Source of the DNA: Amoebidium appalachense
Taxonomy: Eukaryota; Protista; Ichthyosporea
Direction of reading: 5' to 3'
Length of the DNA: 64,000 nt
Assembly: GCA_963693365.1 (NCBI GenBank)
Contig: CAVNZM010000013.1
Coordinates: 1,637,817-1,701,816 of the forward strand
In this document: piece by piece, positions 1 through 12,248 of the stretch
Layout: the number at the start of each line of letters is the position of its first letter
Numbering within the stretch: the first letter of the stretch is position 1
Translations under genes and position numbers: made by a program
Notes under the pieces: generated by a model
Seen by the model: the letters and a program-made list of their open reading frames with translations, nothing else
Database searches by the model: none
What the model was told of the DNA's origin: nothing

Positions 1-546
1 TGCGGCGCGCCGTCTCTGCCGTCGACGCGTAATTCTGGCCGGTGATCAAGCGCCCATCGACAACCGTATTTGGGGCATAAACCCCGAAAGCGATGTAATT
101 TGCGCCCATCTGTTTCAGTTTATCCTCCACCGTAAACGGGGTCTGAACGTACAGATTCCCGCGAATTTGGTCTTCGAAATTGCTCAAGCCGGTAACCCTT
201 TTCCCCTTAACAAGCATCTCGCCGTTGGACAAACGAATGCTCGTGAGCGCTCCCGACCCGTGGCACACAGAGCCAACCACGCCGCCGTTTTCGTAGACTT
301 TTGCGGAAATTCTTGCAAAAGTCGGGTTTCCGGCGACGTCAAACATTAACCCCGTACCTCCGGGGTAGAAAACGGCGTCGAAGGTTTGTGTTTCGGCCTG
401 GCTTGCGCTGATCGTAGTGCGCATGAGTTGCTGCGCCTCCGTGTCTGTTTGGAACTTTGTACAGTCGTCGTTTAGGGCGAACACCAACCTCTGAGGGCAG
501 AAATCGACGCTGAATGGCTCGACCTGTGATAAAAGAAAAAGAACAA

Positions 547-587
<41 letters not shown>

Positions 588-824
588 TAAGTGCCTGTTT
601 GGGTTATGTGCGACTTGAATGGGTTTACGGGTATTTTGTCGACAACTTGGAGATGTCTACCGGCACATACCGGTCAAAAGCCATGTGTATAAATCGTTGC
701 GGTTTGTGGTTAATGGTTGAAGGGATGTAGGATGAGTGTGTGTGTGAGATAATCTCCAGAGTTTCCTTTTTAGCCCAAATGGGCAATGGTTTGAGAACCC
801 GTGACTGAGCTAAGTGCACGGTAT

Positions 825-892
<68 letters not shown>

Positions 893-1144
893 TGGGTTGG
901 CTTCTGTGATGCTCCGTGTGTATGTGTGTATGTGCCTTTGCGCAAACATGCCTGTATATGCATTTGCGGCAAATTCGTGAGCAAGTACACATGATAACAA
1001 TGGTGTTAACAAAAAACAACAATTATACTCACGCCACCAAGAAGAACAAAAAGAGCAGCAACAACAACAACGATAAAGCCGGAAATAAAAAAAAAGAAAA
1101 GCAAGCAAAAAAAAATGATTCGAATCGTCCACTTCCCTTCCTCC

Positions 1145-1177
<33 letters not shown>

Positions 1178-1179
1178 CC

Positions 1180-1210
<31 letters not shown>

Positions 1211-1571
1211 AGGTGGAGGGGGCCGAAGGAGGTGAAGAGGAAAAAACAAGCAATAACAGATACATGTGTAAGCAGCCCCTTACCTGGCTGACACCCCCCT
1301 TTGGGCTAGCAAACACCACCTCAAATCCAGCCCTCTTGAACGGATAGTAGGCGTTGGCAACCTCAGGCAAGAAGTACCCCGTTTCTCTGGGCCCACCACG
1401 CCCATTGACCGACTTCCAATTTGTCACGGGCATGAGCACGCGCTTTTTGCGATTGGCCGCCTGGGGTGGGATAGGGGCAGGGGCCAATACAACCGGAGCC
1501 GGTGCAGCCTGAACATACGGTGCGGGGGCGGGGGCAGGAGCGACTTGCACGGGCGCCGGAGCTGGGGTTGC
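1..1571 (-). CDS. DJ-1/PfpI (Hsp31-like, class I glutamine amidotransferase fold) protein; exons 1284-1571 and 1-523; runs off the left edge, 5' exons uncertain
   Basis: Joining across a GT..AG intron (524-1283, phase 0) gives ...KKRVLMPVTN..TGYFLPEVANAYYPFKRAGFEVVFASPKGGVSQ|VEPFS...FDAVFYPGGTGLMFD...GGVVGSVCHGSGAL...VKGKRVTG...VVDGRLITGQN. The catalytic Glu and the nucleophile-elbow Cys-His (SVCHG) are present. Confidence 0.88.
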
Positions 1572-2578
1572 CTGTTGTGTAACTGTGGTGAAGTGGAGAA
1601 ATGGTGGGATTTTGGAGGGGGGGGGGGGTGGGGGGGGGGTCAGTGGTTGGAAAAAAGTACATTTTCGCGACGGAGAGCACATAGCAGATTGAAGAGCTCA
1701 CAAAAAGCTAGGTTTAGTAAACTGCGAGCAGCAGGTGAGTGAGGCAGAGTCGGCGGAAGTTGGGGGAAAGGGGAAAGGGGAGGTGGGGTGGGGTGTGTGT
1801 GTGTGGGGGGGGGGGGGGGGGGGGGGGGGATGGGGAAGAAGGAAGGGGGAGGGGGGGTGGGGGGGGGGGGGGTAAGAGGGTGTTGAAGGTGTGTTTTTTG
1901 TTATTGTTGTATTCTTTGCCTCCGGTGGGGAGAGGGGAGAGGGGGCAGTAACGAGAAGTAGTTTTGTAGTTTTGAGGCAAATGAGCGAAAAAGCGCAGAA
2001 ACTGCACGGAGCAATCTCAAAAGCCAGAAGAAAGCACGCAGGAACACGTGTGCAACCCAGGAACAAATCTTTGCAACCTACCAATGCGTAACAGACGCGA
2101 AGAACCAACATAGGGACACGTGTCTGTTCCCTCCCCATATCGCTGCAGGTTTTGGCACTTGTACGTGAGTGCAGTGCGGCTGGCCGCAAGCAACCACTTG
2201 CCGTTCTCGCATTTCAGTTGCCGTGCGAGGCCGAGTATAGGTTTTGCGCACCTGAGCAGGGGAATATGGCAGTTAGCGAGTGTAGAGGCGTGCAGACCGC
2301 TGGTAAAAAAGACTCACCTAATGGGTGGGGTTTCGTTGCTTGCGCTGGCCACTCTTTGCTTGAAAAGCACATCAACACTTCATCACAGCAGAACTTCACA
2401 AATGACAGCGACTATTAGCGATAAAAACAAAGCAAGAGGTTGACAACAGCAGAGATCAACATTCTGTTTGCCTTCTCGTGCCATGTGCCCACAGCTTCTG
2501 GAGAGCATCAGGTTAAAAAACACCAACACATCACCACAGCAGAACTTCAATGGACAACAACCATTAGCTATAAAAACA

Positions 2579-2684
2579 ATCCAAAAATTTGGAACAGTTA
2601 GAGACGATCATTCTTCTTACCTTCTCGTGCCATCCAAAAATTTGGAACAGTTAGAGACGATCATTCTTCTTACCTTCTCGTGCC
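2579..2684. repeat. 53 bp tandem duplication inside a larger degenerate duplication (~2385-2712)
   Basis: atccaaaaatttggaacagttagagacgatcattcttcttaccttctcgtgcc occurs twice head-to-tail; the flanking cacagcagaacttca...ccttctcgtgccatgtgcccaca..tctggagagcatcagg is also repeated. Confidence 0.8.
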
Positions 2685-4147
2685 ATGTGCCCACAAATTC
2701 TGGAGAGCATCAGGGCACGGTGCGTTTCCACCATCGACGGGGCACCCACACTGAGTCGCAGCCAGGTTATCCGCTGCGCCAAGAACGCAATCATCGTCCC
2801 ATTGGAGTTCAACACCAGAAACACTCGCGGGCTGGTCTATCTGTTGCGCTGTGGCAGAGAGGGAATTGGTGGCCAAAATAACGGCCGCCATGAGGCGGGT
2901 TGGGAGCAGCATCTTGAGTTTTTGACTCTTGGATTGAGAAACTGGTGAGGCTGGCTAATCAGAAGAGTGTGGGGTGCTGGCAAAACAAAGTTGTGTCCTG
3001 TGTAAAGTAGGGCCTGTCTGTTGGTTGGTTCTGCGATGGTCAATGATCATGAACCTCACAGGTTCACCTGAGAAACACCTTGCCGTCGGAGCTGACTCAG
3101 TATATCAGGCTTTCCTCAAACTGTATGTGTGCTTTCTCCTGAACGAATATATAAAGAAAAACAGTGGTGATTGTGAACTGAAAATCGTTGTATTGAATCA
3201 CGAAGGTGCACTTTCATTGGTACGGCGAAGGGTGTATAGGATCCCCCAAAACTCATATTTGTGGGGCGAGTCGTATATGTGTAACAGCGGATTTACGATT
3301 TTCCAGTTTCGACATTTAGGCCACGTGAATATCCGTTACAGACATAGGGCTGCATGAGTCCTACATATAGCAAAAATCAAAGACTTCACACTAAATATGG
3401 GTATTTTGGTATAAAGAGGCTCCATTTTCCGTAGCTACTAGCTACATACAGTTACACACATACGGAAACGGGGTCTAAATTTTCCGGGAGCGCAGATACG
3501 GACATACGATCGCCCCCCCCAGTTAGAGGTGTTGGGGGATCCATGTATAAGCCGCGTATTAAAATGGGGTGTATTCCACCAATAGGAATCTGTGTCTTTA
3601 TTCCTGGAATTTGAAAATAATAAAGTCATTCAAGAAAGTGTTGTGCGAGTGTTAAATCTGATTGGTGTGGAAGGCACCGTAAATCCGTAATCAAATCTAA
3701 TTGGTAGAAAGAGCACCCTGTGCACTTTACATACGCACAAGTTCAACTGAGCATGTGAAGTTGCACGATCATCGATGTTATTACAATTATTTTTGACACC
3801 TTTTACAAAAACATAATTTGAATAGTATATAACAATTATAAGGATGAGCCTCCTTTCCCTCCCTCCCCCCCGCGCGTGCGCCGTGATCATGGCCAGAGTA
3901 AGGCTTTAAAGCCACTCACCAAAGGTTTTATTCGTTACCAGCTTGTTTAAACATTTTTTGTTTTGTTTTGCAGATCTAGATGTTTTGGCCATCTGATCAT
4001 GATGCATGCCCCCTTCCCCCCCCATCCCCCACCCCCCCCTCCCTCCCTCCCCCGGCCCCCTTCCCCCTCCTCACTTCACACACACGCACGCACGTGCACC
4101 ACGCACACACGCACACACGCACACACGCACACGTACATGAAACGTAC

Positions 4148-4190
<43 letters not shown>

Positions 4191-4305
4191 TAAACAACTG
4201 TACACACATGTTTACTAAAGAATGTGATCTATTAGCACACGATTTGTGCTTTGTCATGAATATCACATAAATTTTATGTCCGCACCAATAGGACTCACTC
4301 TGACC

Positions 4306-4725
4306 CAGGGTTGGGCTGGGGTTCGCCAGCTTAACCGTATCGCCCTTTGGCCAATCGTAACGGACAATTTCTTAATCGTAACGGGTGGGTTCTTGGGGAG
4401 CTGCAAAGCATTATAAACGCTTAAATGTGTAATTTTCCTTAATTTTTTTCAATATTTCTGTTCAAGAACAGCAGATTCCCCCCCAAGAACTTATCTTCAG
4501 TGCTTCTCATGTGCAATATCGAGCCCCGATAAGTTTCCAGGGCTTGTAATCTTGCGGTACTCAATTTGTAAAAACACGTATTTTGAGTTTTGCGACTGGA
4601 GGGGTTTAGGCGGGGCTTGCAGCTCCCCAAGAACCCATCCGTTACGATTAAGAAATTAAGAAATTGTCCGTTACGATTGGCCAAAGGGCGATACGGTTAA
4701 GCTGGCGAACCCCAGCCCAACCCTG
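4306..4725. mobile_element. MITE / non-autonomous DNA transposon with ~100 bp terminal inverted repeats
   Basis: 4306-4406 (cagggttgggctggggttcgccagcttaaccgtatcgcc...gagctgcaa) is the near-perfect reverse complement of 4617-4725, which carries one extra 8-nt aagaaatt. CAGGG termini; no coding capacity; no TSD seen. Confidence 0.85.
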
Positions 4726-5211
4726 GAATTCAATAACCATATATGACTAGTAATGCCACGCTCTGCCGAGCTTTGGCTCAACGTCGAAGCGAGACGAGAA
4801 TATTCTGGAAGGCGCTGTGTGCGTGTGTGCCGTGTTGGAGGGAGGGCAGCAATTTGAAGGGGAAAAAAAAGGACTGTTTGGATATTTTTTTTTCTCTTTG
4901 TCTGTATCCTGCCTCCCCCCCCCCCCCCCCCCCCCCCCCCTTCCCCGCACCCCCCTTTTTTTCTCTCCCTCCCCCCTCCCCCCCCCCCTTCACTTCTGCC
5001 CCCACTCGCGGTCTTTTTCCCCTTTCTTCCCCCTCCTCCCCTTACTCTCCCTCCCCTTCCTCCCTCTGCCTTCCCATCTATTCCCCTTTTCTCCTCCTCC
5101 CCCCCCTTCCCCTCTCTCGTTTCCTCCCCCTCTGTTGGAAGATGGTATCGTTATCCAGTCCGATCGCATGAATCAGATCATGATCGGCTGGTGGCCTGCG
5201 AGATCTTAACC

Positions 5212-5284
5212 GATCTGTAGCTCAGTTGGTAGAGGCACTCGACCGGAGATAGAGGGGTCGCGGGTTCGAATCCCGTCGGGATCA
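5212..5284 (+). ncRNA. tRNA-like sequence in TRIM 5' LTR (anticodon position GGA; not a canonical tRNA)
   Basis: A box tagctcagttgg, B box ggttcgaatcc, acceptor gatct..gggatc, followed by T6. C at position 33, anticodon-stem mismatch and small indels. Confidence 0.7.
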
Positions 5285-5590
5285 TCTTTTTTCTCATCCT
5301 CTTCTCGCTGGGCCCGGGGTAAAAGCCAGCACGCCTTTACTGGCGTTACTATGATCACAACCATCGGCAGTGGTTAGGTTGTGATCTCAAGGCTAGCAAG
5401 ATCGCTAGTCTCTGCACCAGGACAAAATTCAATATGGTAGCATGAACAGGGGTTCAGTGGGGACTGAGGGGGCAGTCCACCCTAACCTGATTCTACGATT
5501 CGTCCTGAGTGGGGATGTTGGAAGATGGTATCGTTATCCAGTCCGATCGCATAGATCATGATCGGCTGGTGGCCTGCGAGGATCTTAACC

Positions 5591-5663
5591 CATCTCGTAG
5601 CTCAGTTGGTAGAGCACTCGATCGAAGATAGAGGGGTCGCGGGTTCGAATCCCGTCGGGATCA
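5591..5663 (+). ncRNA. tRNA-like sequence in TRIM 3' LTR (anticodon position GAA, Phe-like)
   Basis: catctcg tagctcagttggtagagc a ctcga tcgaaga tagag gggtc gcggg ttcgaat cccgt cgggatc a folds as a cloverleaf; T6 follows. Confidence 0.7.
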
Positions 5664-5891
5664 TCTTTTTTCTCATCCTCTTCTCGCTGGGGTAAAAGCC
5701 AGCACGCCCTTTACGTAATACTGGCGTTATCACAACCATCGGCAGTGGTTAGGTTATGATCTCAAAGCTAGCAAGATCGCTAGTCTCTGTACCAGGACAA
5801 AATCCAATACCCTCCCCCCTTTTTTTGTGTATGTATGTATGTTTGGCTGGCCCCAAATTTACCCAGAGAGAGAGAGAGAGAGAGAGAGAGT

Positions 5892-5945
<54 letters not shown>

Positions 5946-6006
5946 AAGCAACCTAAAGGTGGATGATGGTGTTAAGGTGAGGGCGGTGGCCCATGTGTGT
6001 GTGTGT

Positions 6007-6041
<35 letters not shown>

Positions 6042-6142
6042 GGGGGGAAAGTGAGTGTTGCCGGAGGAAGAAGAAGGGGCAAAAGGGGAGAAGGGGCGGG
6101 GGGGGGGGGGGGGGGGGGGGGGGGGGAGGGGGGGGGGGAGAA

Positions 6143-6255
<113 letters not shown>

Positions 6256-6371
6256 CGTGCGTGTGTGCGTGTGTGCGCGCGTGCGTGTGTGCGTGCGTGT
6301 GTGCGCGCGTGCGTGCGCGCACGCGTGTGCGCGTGCGTGTGCGCGTGCGTGTGCGCGTGCGTGTGCGTGTG

Positions 6372-6420
<49 letters not shown>

Positions 6421-6740
6421 AGCATGGGAAACAAACAAAAACGTATTTAATCGGGGGGGAGGGGGGAGGGGAGGGGAGGGTTATTTCTAGCCCTTTTTTT
6501 TTTGAGTCAGTAACTGCCTTGGGGAAGGGAAAGATGGCTGGGGGGGAGGTGCATGTGTGAGAGCTAGGACATTCAATGCAAATTCTTCTGGTCATGTTTG
6601 GACGGACGGTGGTAAGCCCCAAATGAGGGGTGTGATGAAGCTGTTGGGATCTGCTCGTCTTCTCCAGCAGTGTGTTTGAAATTGAGGGTGCTTGATGCTG
6701 TGTTTGAAATTCTCATTGATGCATCTAGTTATGGCGAATT

Positions 6741-7745
6741 ACCGCGGCATCATCCTTTGCGGCTCCCGCCAAATCTGACCACCCGCGAACCAAGGCTTGG
6801 CACGTGATCGGCGAGTTATCAGGGTTGAGTCACATCACACGATCACAAATGGTCGGGCCAAGTTTTTGTCTGAACTCATTCACCAATGGAATGACCGCGG
6901 CGTTATCCTTTGCGGCTCCCGCCAAATCTGACCACCCGCGAACCAAAGGCTTGTTACCGCGGCGTCATGCTTTGCGGCTCCCCAAATCTGACAATCCGCG
7001 AATCCCAGCCCCGGCACATGATCAGCGACTTAATATTGAAATATTTCAGTTCGCGCTGGGGAATTGCATGCGCACAGGCTAAGCGGCAATCAGCTACGCC
7101 TGACTTTTCGCAAACTGTCTGGGGTGCGCTGTAGGTCTGGTAGCCAATCACAATCACAGTAAGTTACTGCAATTACCAATGAAATTTCTGCGGTGTCATC
7201 CTTTGCGGCTCCCGCCAAATCTGACCATCCACGAACCAAAGGCCCGGCACGTGATCGGCGACTTCTCAGGGCCAAGCCATCACACGATCACCAATGGTCG
7301 GGCCAGGTTTTTGGTCTCGCTGGGGCTGTAGGATGAGAACTGCTAAGCTTCGCTTCTCCGTTGATTTAGATCGATCCAGAAGAATGTAGTTTTATCTAGA
7401 ATTCCAAAGCAGATTCCTAGGCTCGCCGCTTAAGCGATAAAACGATTGCCGCCGGCCCTGTACACCAATCGTGTGCCGACATTAAAAATGTTAAGTCCCA
7501 CAGGGCACAGAATCGCGGAAGGGATCCAAAAGCAATCCGGTTCCACAAATCGGACTGATCTGGTCCAATTAATAGGCTCAAAATCTGCGAATAATCATAA
7601 AAGGCTATTGAGCGCCCCCAATCAATCTGACGGGAAAGTGTAATCACTCATCACTCACTAACTCATCACTCATCACTCACTCACTCACAAATCCCGGCTG
7701 GGGCTGTAGGATGAGAGCTGCGAAGCCTCGCTTCTCCGTTGATTG
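6741..7745. repeat. Cluster of degenerate ~50-bp direct repeats
   Basis: cgcggcRtcatcctttgcggctcccgccaaatctgaccacccgcgaacc at ~6741, ~6894, ~6956 and ~7190. A second unit, gctggggctgtaggatgaga..cgcttctccgttgatt, at ~7319 and ~7697. Confidence 0.75.
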
Positions 7746-8066
7746 TTGCATACCACAAAAACGAAGTGGACCAATGATAGGCTTGCATAAATAGAACGAA
7801 GGTCTGACTGGCTCGGACCGCACCAGAATCACGAATTGCATGTTGCCACCCGCGCTGGCCGCGGATGAACCAATCCTGGGCCTTGATCCGAAACCTGGGG
7901 GCTATATATAACAAAGCCGTCCCAGTAAGGGGATCACTTCAGTGAAGTCTGAGACAGACTGGGTCGGCCCATAGTAAAAGCAACCTGGCCGCGTGTGCCT
8001 TTCTACCGGTTCTCTGTCTTTATTTTGATTCAGTTGTACTCCGCCTTATCCTAACCAGTCCAACTG

Positions 8067-8209
<143 letters not shown>

Positions 8210-8620
8210 CCGCCTGGGCCCACACACACGCCGCACACACCCACGCGCACGCGTGCGCGCGCGCGCTCTCTCACCGTGCACTTCCCAACCCCTTCATGCT
8301 AGTGCTCTTCTTCTGCCGGATGCATATTCTTGTGTGTTCTTTGCAAAGTCTGCTTTGTGTTGTCCACGGCAAATGTGTACTACATACCGATATACTCTTC
8401 ACATTTAAAGATTTTCTAACTACCCCACCCCCCCTCCCGCCTCACTCGGGCACCCCCCACTCTCCCCCTCCCCCCCCCCCCCCCCCTCCGTCCTCTGCAG
8501 GTTACCCTGCTCGTTCACACAAGCCTTAGGGTATATATTAATGCACGTGCACACGTGCACACGTGCACACGCGCGCACCCACACACACAACGCACACACA
8601 AACACATATACAAATACTCC

Positions 8621-8765
<145 letters not shown>

Positions 8766-9206
8766 CAACGGTCAACAATTTCTAAACTTTGATGAATTGA
8801 TGGGGGCAAGGTAATCGTGCTGACCGTGCAGTGTTCGTGTGCGCGTCTGTATGGCGGGGAATGTATGTGTGTGTTGTACATGTGGGTTTGTATGGTCTGG
8901 TTAAAGCCCTTGTACATGTGTATTATCATATTTTGTCATCGTGAGCAAACATAGGGGTATCTTACTGCCCCGGCCGCAGGAACATGTCACAGTACCAGGT
9001 CAGCGGGGGCCCGCACCAGGGAGCACTACTACATAACATAATCTGCATTGCTACTAGGATCCCTCAGATCACGTGCACAGCCTTCAAGCGACGGCCCGGG
9101 CGTACTGTAGTACTAAGGAAGGCCGGCCTCTGTTCTCAATCTGATGCAGTCTCAGTCTCCGGATACCGTGGCAAACAATTTTATAGAGACCAACCTTTCC
9201 CCCTGA

Positions 9207-9391
<185 letters not shown>

Positions 9392-9489
9392 TTTCTTCGA
9401 ACCTCGAGCTTCCCCTGAGCCAAAACCGTGGGCGGGCCACATGTGCACACCCACCGGTGAGCCCACGATGCATCTGGTGTCCTGAGGTC

Positions 9490-12248
9490 ACACACCCACC
9501 ACACCATAATGATTGACCTCGTGGCAAACCACCCCGTCGGTGCATTCCGAAGGTGGTGCAAATAGTCAAGAACGGGCAATACGAACTCAGCCAGGTGGTG
9601 GCCCACACCACCCACAACGGGGAGGCATGGGTCAAAATAGCCCACCTACGGGACAACACATAGGAGGAGGGGCTGAGATGGCACCGACCCACGTGGAACG
9701 ACCCACATGGAACAGCCCATTTCCGCTTTTGCCCCGGTGACTGCAAATACGGCCACTCCCCATGGAACCTGGCCTACACCCCGGCAACCCTCTCCCCCAG
9801 CCCCGGGTACGCAGACGGAGAGGGGGAAAGGTCAGACACGGAGCCAGAATCGGAGTCGACGGGGCCCAGCGACGACTCCGACGACTCAGAGGACTCTAGC
9901 ACCGACAGCACCAACAGCAAATACGAGCCCCCTCAGCCCCCAGCCGATAACCACACCCACAACAAGCAGTATACATGTGTGGGGTGGACCCGTGCTGTAG
10001 AGGTGATACGGGCAGACCCCTACGTGGCCTTCAAGACCCGAATCACCACCCACACGGTAGTTGTCCCGAAGTACCACAAGGACTTCATCAACACCGACAG
10101 CATCGACATCTACCAAGTCATCGCACTGAAGGATGGCTCCGATCCGGCCGAGCAGTGGTCCAGGAGGAAGATACACCATTTGCGGCGGCATCAGTTCCCC
10201 CCCACCAACAGGCATCACCCCAGATATGCTCCACCTGCAAGCCAACGAGGACGCCACACCCTTGCCGGGGGACCTCCCCGGTCCATCACCCCCCCAGCAG
10301 CCACCACCGGTAGGGTCACCACCAGGACATAAGTGCACGGCCCACCCGGCTGACCTGCCGAGCCCACCCACTCCCCGTAGGCTCACCTACACCGACTTGG
10401 TGCCCCAGGCCACCTACGACGAGTGGCAGCAGCAAATCACCCTGCTTCCCCCAGACCAACCGATCACCGTTTATACGGACGGCAGCCTCATTCACTGACC
10501 GGGCAGGAGGATAGCCCAGGCCGGAGCGGGGGCTGTGCTGGACACCCTGGACCGGAAAGCACCTCCAGTGACGGCCAAGACCAGGCTCCATACGGCCCTA
10601 TCATCCACCCAAGCCGAACTCACAGGGGTACTACTAGCCCTCCTGCTCACCCCCACCACCACCCCCGTACACATCAAGCTCGATAACTTCGGAGTAGTCG
10701 ACCGATGGAGGGGCAAACATGAACCCCACCACACCCCCTCGACGTAAGCTAAAGTTCCCCCACATAGTGGAATGGGCTCATGTACGAGACCAACTCTCCC
10801 TACGGCAACCAGGCTCCGTACAGGTATCGTGGGTGAAGGGGCACCAATCCAACACCAAAAGGTACGGTCAACAGAATAACGAGGCAGACAAGGCAGCCAA
10901 TGCAGGAAGAGCCCTCCCCCTCCCCCCCCCCCCCCCCCACCTCCGGAAGAGCCCTCCCCCTCCCCCCTCCCCCCCCCCCCCCCCACCTCCGGCCCTGGGG
11001 GGGGGGGGGGGGGGGGGAATACTTCCTACAACTACAAGGCCACCGTATCCCCGGCAATATTCCCGGTACACTGAACCGGTTGAACAAGGACTTCCTCACC
11101 GACATGGCCGGCAAGACCAAGGCTATGTCCATACAAGCCGACCCCAGACTGCTCCCAGCCGAACGGAACCCCATCAAGCTCAACAAGGGGCCCGCACAGG
11201 CAACCATCGGGGCCGTCAGAGGCAACATTCGTAGCTTGTCCCTGGCTATGGGCACCCTGCCTACCATGACACGGCTACACCGAGATCTCCCCACCGTCAT
11301 TCAATATGCACAGCCCACATGCCCCCGGTGCAGCCAGCACCCTGAGACCACCACCACCCACCTCTGGGCCTGCCCGGCCCATGCCGGGGAGGTCCCCGCC
11401 CTCAGGCTGACCACGGCCATCACAGCCTGCATCCACAACGTCCTGCACACTCGTCATCCAAACACCCCCACGGCACAGCACCACCATACGGCAGTCACGG
11501 TGGTAGACCAATGTGCATGGATAAACTGGATAGGAGGCAACGGTGACCCACCAGACCCTGAAGACATCAATTGGGTCGAACGGGGATTCTGCCCACGATC
11601 GGTGGGCCCACTACTTGCAGCCACCGGCACCACAAAGACCACCACCCGGGCCATCTTAGGAAAAATCACAGTAGAGTTGCAGTCCTTTTTCTTTTTAAAA
11701 ATTTGGCACCCACGGAACACCGGTCCCCCACACACACCCGGCCAGCCTGTCCGGACTGCCGGAACACACACAGACCCAGTGTGCCCTGTAAAATTCACCT
11801 TTTAGTTCACAAAAACTGGCATCGCCACAACATACGTACAACAACACATACTATTAGTAATGTTAGGCAGCATCCCCCCCCCCCCCCCACCACCACCACC
11901 ACACCCCATCATCCACCCATACCCACCGTAAATACTATACACAACACTTGGACTTCCCAATACTGTAGATCGACCAATGAGAGCCCTCGGTCAACGTTTA
12001 TTGTTAGGTTTTGAATGGAGGGGAGGACTGGAGCCTCCTGCCGGCGTGGCTGGGAGTAGTAGCCCTGGGCAAAGTGTGTACTTATAGTTAGGTTGTGAAG
12101 GATGGGTTAGCTTAGCTGAACTCATAGACTAGCACCTTAACTAGTGTACTGTCGGTGCTGTGTGGTAGACGGTAGTTTCCCTAGAGGGCCTGAAAAGGCC
12201 CTCCGGGAACAAAACGTGATAAAAAAAAATAAAAAAAACAAAAAAAAA
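9490..12248 (+). mobile_element. 5'-truncated, decayed non-LTR retrotransposon (LINE) retaining RNase H and C-terminal zinc finger
   Basis: RNase H motifs VYTDGS, STQAEL, IKLDN, VSWVKGH, NNEADKAA (~10470-10905) are broken by stops and frameshifts. LPTMTRLH..CPRC-x9-HLWACP zinc finger at ~11260-11380. A-rich tail 12221-12248. 16-bp direct repeat ctggtgtcctgaggtc at 9474-9489 and 12249-12264 is the likely TSD. No RT domain remains. Confidence 0.82.

Larger units (their letters stand above)
5133..5809 (+). mobile_element. TRIM (non-autonomous miniature LTR retrotransposon) with tRNA-derived sequence in both LTRs (Helenus-like)
   Basis: LTR1 5133-5434 and LTR2 5516-5809 start TGTTGGA and end T(T/C)CAATA. 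PBS tggtagcatgaacagggg lies directly after LTR1 (5435); PPT gagtgggga lies directly before LTR2; internal region is 81 bp; 5-bp TSD CCCTC at 5128-5132 and 5810-5814. Confidence 0.88.

Noticed and set aside
2685-3357. Possible gene from ORFs 2685-2948 and 2974-3357
   Set aside because: No recognisable motif or consistent splice model; it overlaps a local duplication.
5212-5663. Two functional tRNA genes (Ser-GGA / Phe-GAA)
   Set aside because: C33, stem mismatches and indels, and both lie inside the LTRs of a TSD-flanked TRIM.
6741-7330. CRISPR-like array
   Set aside because: Eukaryotic context, degenerate units, irregular and partly homologous spacers, no cas genes.
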